Sequence record: OQ722176.1
DNA: 64,000 nucleotides
Strand: one strand, 5' to 3'
Position 1 is the stretch's first letter. The number at the start of each line of letters is the position of its first letter. Positions 61,758 through 64,000 of this stretch are shown here, piece by piece. The position numbers were made by a program, and so were the translations under genes. The notes beneath the pieces are model-generated. The model did no database searches. It saw nothing but the letters and a program-made list of their open reading frames with translations, and had not been told where the DNA came from.

Positions 61758-63096
61758 TTAACTTAGTAGTGCCTCAAGTCTAGCAAGACGTTCTTCAAGA
61801 GCTTCGCGCTTGCGTTTCTCTTCTTTGATACCCTCGATTAATAGACCAACCATGTTTCCGTATGCAACTGCATAGTGCCCATCAGCGTCACCACCCGCTT
61901 CAACAACAGCTTCTGGCAGAACTTCAAGAACTTCTTGAGCAATTACACCAGTCTGTCTCGGACATTCAATGTCAGTGCGGTCGTACGTGTAACCGTTCAG
62001 CCTATCAATTTTATCAAGCGGGTTTTCGATTCGCTCAATGTTAGTTTTAACTCGCGCATCAGAATATGCAGTAATGTTACTAGCAGACTGAATTGGCTGA
62101 TAGTAATAGAACCCACTCGTTGCATCGGTTGAGTTATGAACCCATGACGTGTTTCTAGCACCGAAATGCCATGTGATCCCGTTATCAGAACGGAAAAGCC
62201 AACTACCCTCGTTTGACGAGTTCTGCATATATCGAGAAGTATCACCACCAAGACCAATAGCGTTCTTGACCATCAAGTTACCATTAGTCGTCAATGACAT
62301 TGCACCATCAGTAACAGCGTCTGACTCATCACGCCATAAGAAACCGCGTGTTGTTGAGTTGTTCATAGTGAACGTCATTGCATAATCAGTGCCCAGCCAC
62401 CCAAACGATAGGTTGTTCGTCATACCGATTGAGTATGAACCACTAGACCAAACTCTGATTTTATCAAATGACGCAGTTCCAGTATGAATCAATGTTCCGC
62501 CAAGAGTAAAACTACCAGTCGTGCTTGAGTGGTTGTGACTGTTATCAGCAACAGTAACTGCCAACGTAGCGTTAGCTGAACCGTCAATTGATACTGAACC
62601 ACTTGCATCACCAGACAAGCTCAATGTACGAGCAGTCGTCCACTTATCAGCCAGTGGGTGGTAATGTGACCCATAAGGTGCACGCCAACCCGGTGAGTAT
62701 GATGTACCGTTACTCACATAGATAAACTCTTGTCTCTGAGTTGCACCAGATGCTGTAGTCGGTGTAGTTACTCGAATCGTACAGCCTGTGGTTGAGTTAC
62801 CAATTACTTCAATAACCGAACCAGCCGTTCCGAATACGCCATATCCCGTATCTACTGTAACCTGTGCAGCGTATGACCAACTACCACGACAAACCCAGTA
62901 GAACGTAGAAAACGCACCCCTCGAACTCAACAATGAAACGAATTCATCAGTTGTTACACGGTTGTTTGTACCAAATGATTGCTGATCGGCACTATATGTA
63001 CCTGTGATCTCTTGAGCAGACCACGCTACGTTACCCGTTCCATTCACTGACTTGCCGGTTTTACCAACTGTCAACGTACGAGCAGTTGTCCACTTA
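61758..63096 (-). CDS. Tail fibre B with peptidase S74 chaperone, 5-prime truncated
   Basis: KWTTARTL modules; AYSDARVK.NI.RI...GYTY...TGVIAQEV...VAYGNMVGLLIE; frame stays open up to the poly-T run. Confidence 0.85.
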
Positions 63097-63116
63097 TTTT
63101 TTTTTTTTTTTTTTTT
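63097..63116. other. Run of exactly 20 T; probable contig junction or gap filler
   Basis: Cuts fibre B mid-motif; a second 20-T run lies at 63834-63853. Confidence 0.7.
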
Positions 63117-63121
63117 GTTTT

Positions 63122-63262
63122 ATGATGCGCGCAGATGGCGCGCCTAAAATGTACGGTAAAACCGAAGCCAATGACCGCCAGCGACCAATAAGCGATCAAA
63201 AGCGGGCAAAGGCACGTAAAAAGCGCAAAAAGGCTCAGAGAGCCGCACGAGGGCGTAAATAA
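63122..63262 (+). CDS. Small basic ORF in foreign fragment
   Basis: ...KRAKARKKRKKAQRAARGRK; TAATG overlap with next gene. Confidence 0.5.
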   Translation: MMRADGAPKMYGKTEANDRQRPISDQKRAKARKKRKKAQRAARGRK

Positions 63263-63777
63263 TGAGTATATGTCAAAAGAAAGACGGGTCTTTGTGTACC
63301 TCATGCTGCGACGTTGTGGTTTTGTCGTCACCGTTTAGTCAACAGGAATTAAAAAAGGTTAGGCGGGCATTCAACAAACGCGCGAACAAATACGAACCGC
63401 GCGGGATGTTACGCCGGATCTCAAAACGTCGTGCCAAAAAGAAAAACCCTTATATCGTGGCATTTCGTGAACGAGCGGATCGGCAGGACAAAAACAATAA
63501 GCCGACGTATTACAGTTGTATTCACATGAAGCGCGGTAAGTGCCAGATCTACGAAAGCCGCCCTTATATGTGCCACGGCTACCCGCTTTACAGCCAACCC
63601 GCCGACGATTGGATCAGAGGTCGATACTCGAACATCCCTGAATATGATCACGAGTGCGGTTTTTATAATGACCAAGCCCTGATCGCTACCTTCCCCTTAG
63701 TGGACATTAAGCAAGCCTTGGAGGATGAGCAGCGAACTAAACCCGATAACCTAACGCGAGGCACTTTACATGCCTGA
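63262..63777 (+). CDS. YkgJ/FliB-like CxxCC cysteine-cluster protein
   Basis: CTSCC...C.H....CQIYESRPYMCHGYP. Confidence 0.75.
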   Translation: MSICQKKDGSLCTSCCDVVVLSSPFSQQELKKVRRAFNKRANKYEPRGMLRRISKRRAKKKNPYIVAFRERADRQDKNNKPTYYSCIHMKRGKCQIYESRPYMCHGYPLYSQPADDWIRGRYSNIPEYDHECGFYNDQALIATFPLVDIKQALEDEQRTKPDNLTRGTLHA

Positions 63778-63833
63778 CAACGTACAACGAGCTTTAACCA
63801 GTTACATAGTTTGCACGGCGTTAGAGTTCACCC

Positions 63834-63853
63834 TTTTTTTTTTTTTTTTTTTT
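63834..63853. other. Second run of exactly 20 T
   Basis: Interrupts an ORF starting at 63770 and is followed by a startless open frame. Confidence 0.7.
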
Positions 63854-63854
63854 G

Positions 63855-64000
63855 CTAAACGAAAACCGCTCAAACTCCCTTAATACACACGCTAAGTTAG
63901 TCACTAACCTAGGCGGTTATGATGACGACCTCAATAGCCAGTGGGACAAAGGGCGCATGGACTTGATCCCCGATGACGCGTTATTACCCTACGCCGGAGG
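63855..64000 (+). CDS. Fragment of an unidentified ORF (no start or stop in window)
   Basis: Open frame LNENRSNSL...WDKGRMDLIPDDALLPYAG. Confidence 0.4.

Noticed and set aside
59400-63096. Diversity-generating retroelement or invertible shufflon acting on the fibres
   Set aside because: No reverse transcriptase or invertase in the window; repeats are direct, inside coding modules, and mismatches are not adenine-specific
63071-63331. 86-aa minus-strand ORF with KKKKKK
   Set aside because: Created by reading across the poly-T junction
27-63675. Many 60-130 aa antisense or alternate-frame ORFs in the track (e.g. 920-1141, 12209-12607, 15816-16190, 45860-46252, 57599-58192)
   Set aside because: They lie wholly over better-supported genes, lack RBS or promoter context and show no recognisable motifs

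Overview
A 64 kb segment of a large lytic T4-like myovirus. The evidence is T4-type late promoters (TATAAATA/CATAAATA), homologues of AsiA, gp52 topoisomerase, gp30.2 and DenV, a gp36-like tail-fibre N-terminus, and nrdA/nrdB/glutaredoxin. The KVP40-like NAD salvage set (nadR, pnuC, nadV) suggests a marine gammaproteobacterial, possibly Vibrio, host; that is inference. About 27 kb is small early ORFs arranged in cassettes. These are driven by a family of near-identical sigma70-type promoters whose -35 box often sits inside the upstream terminator hairpin. The best candidate for an undescribed system is a modification island at 27.8-35.8 kb, with a satellite operon at 40.7-43.1 kb. It starts with a late-promoter gene for a virion-type protein carrying a 4-residue-periodic Thr/Ser tail. 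That gene is tightly coupled to a KpsS-like transferase, a possible GT-A protein, a QueC-like PP-loop ATPase, a miniaturised NAMPT paralogue and twitch-first radical SAM enzymes, with GT9 and GT4 glycosyltransferases nearby. Other highlights are a probable capsid-packaged ADP-ribosyltransferase-fold protein, a Tad2-like anti-Thoeris protein and duplicated Cys-rich lipoproteins. The long tail-fibre gene is split by an exact 52-bp tandem duplication. The last ~900 bp, after two runs of exactly 20 T, look like joined foreign fragments. I found no tRNA, rRNA, CRISPR array, intron or transposase. All family calls come from motif recognition by eye; no database search was run.
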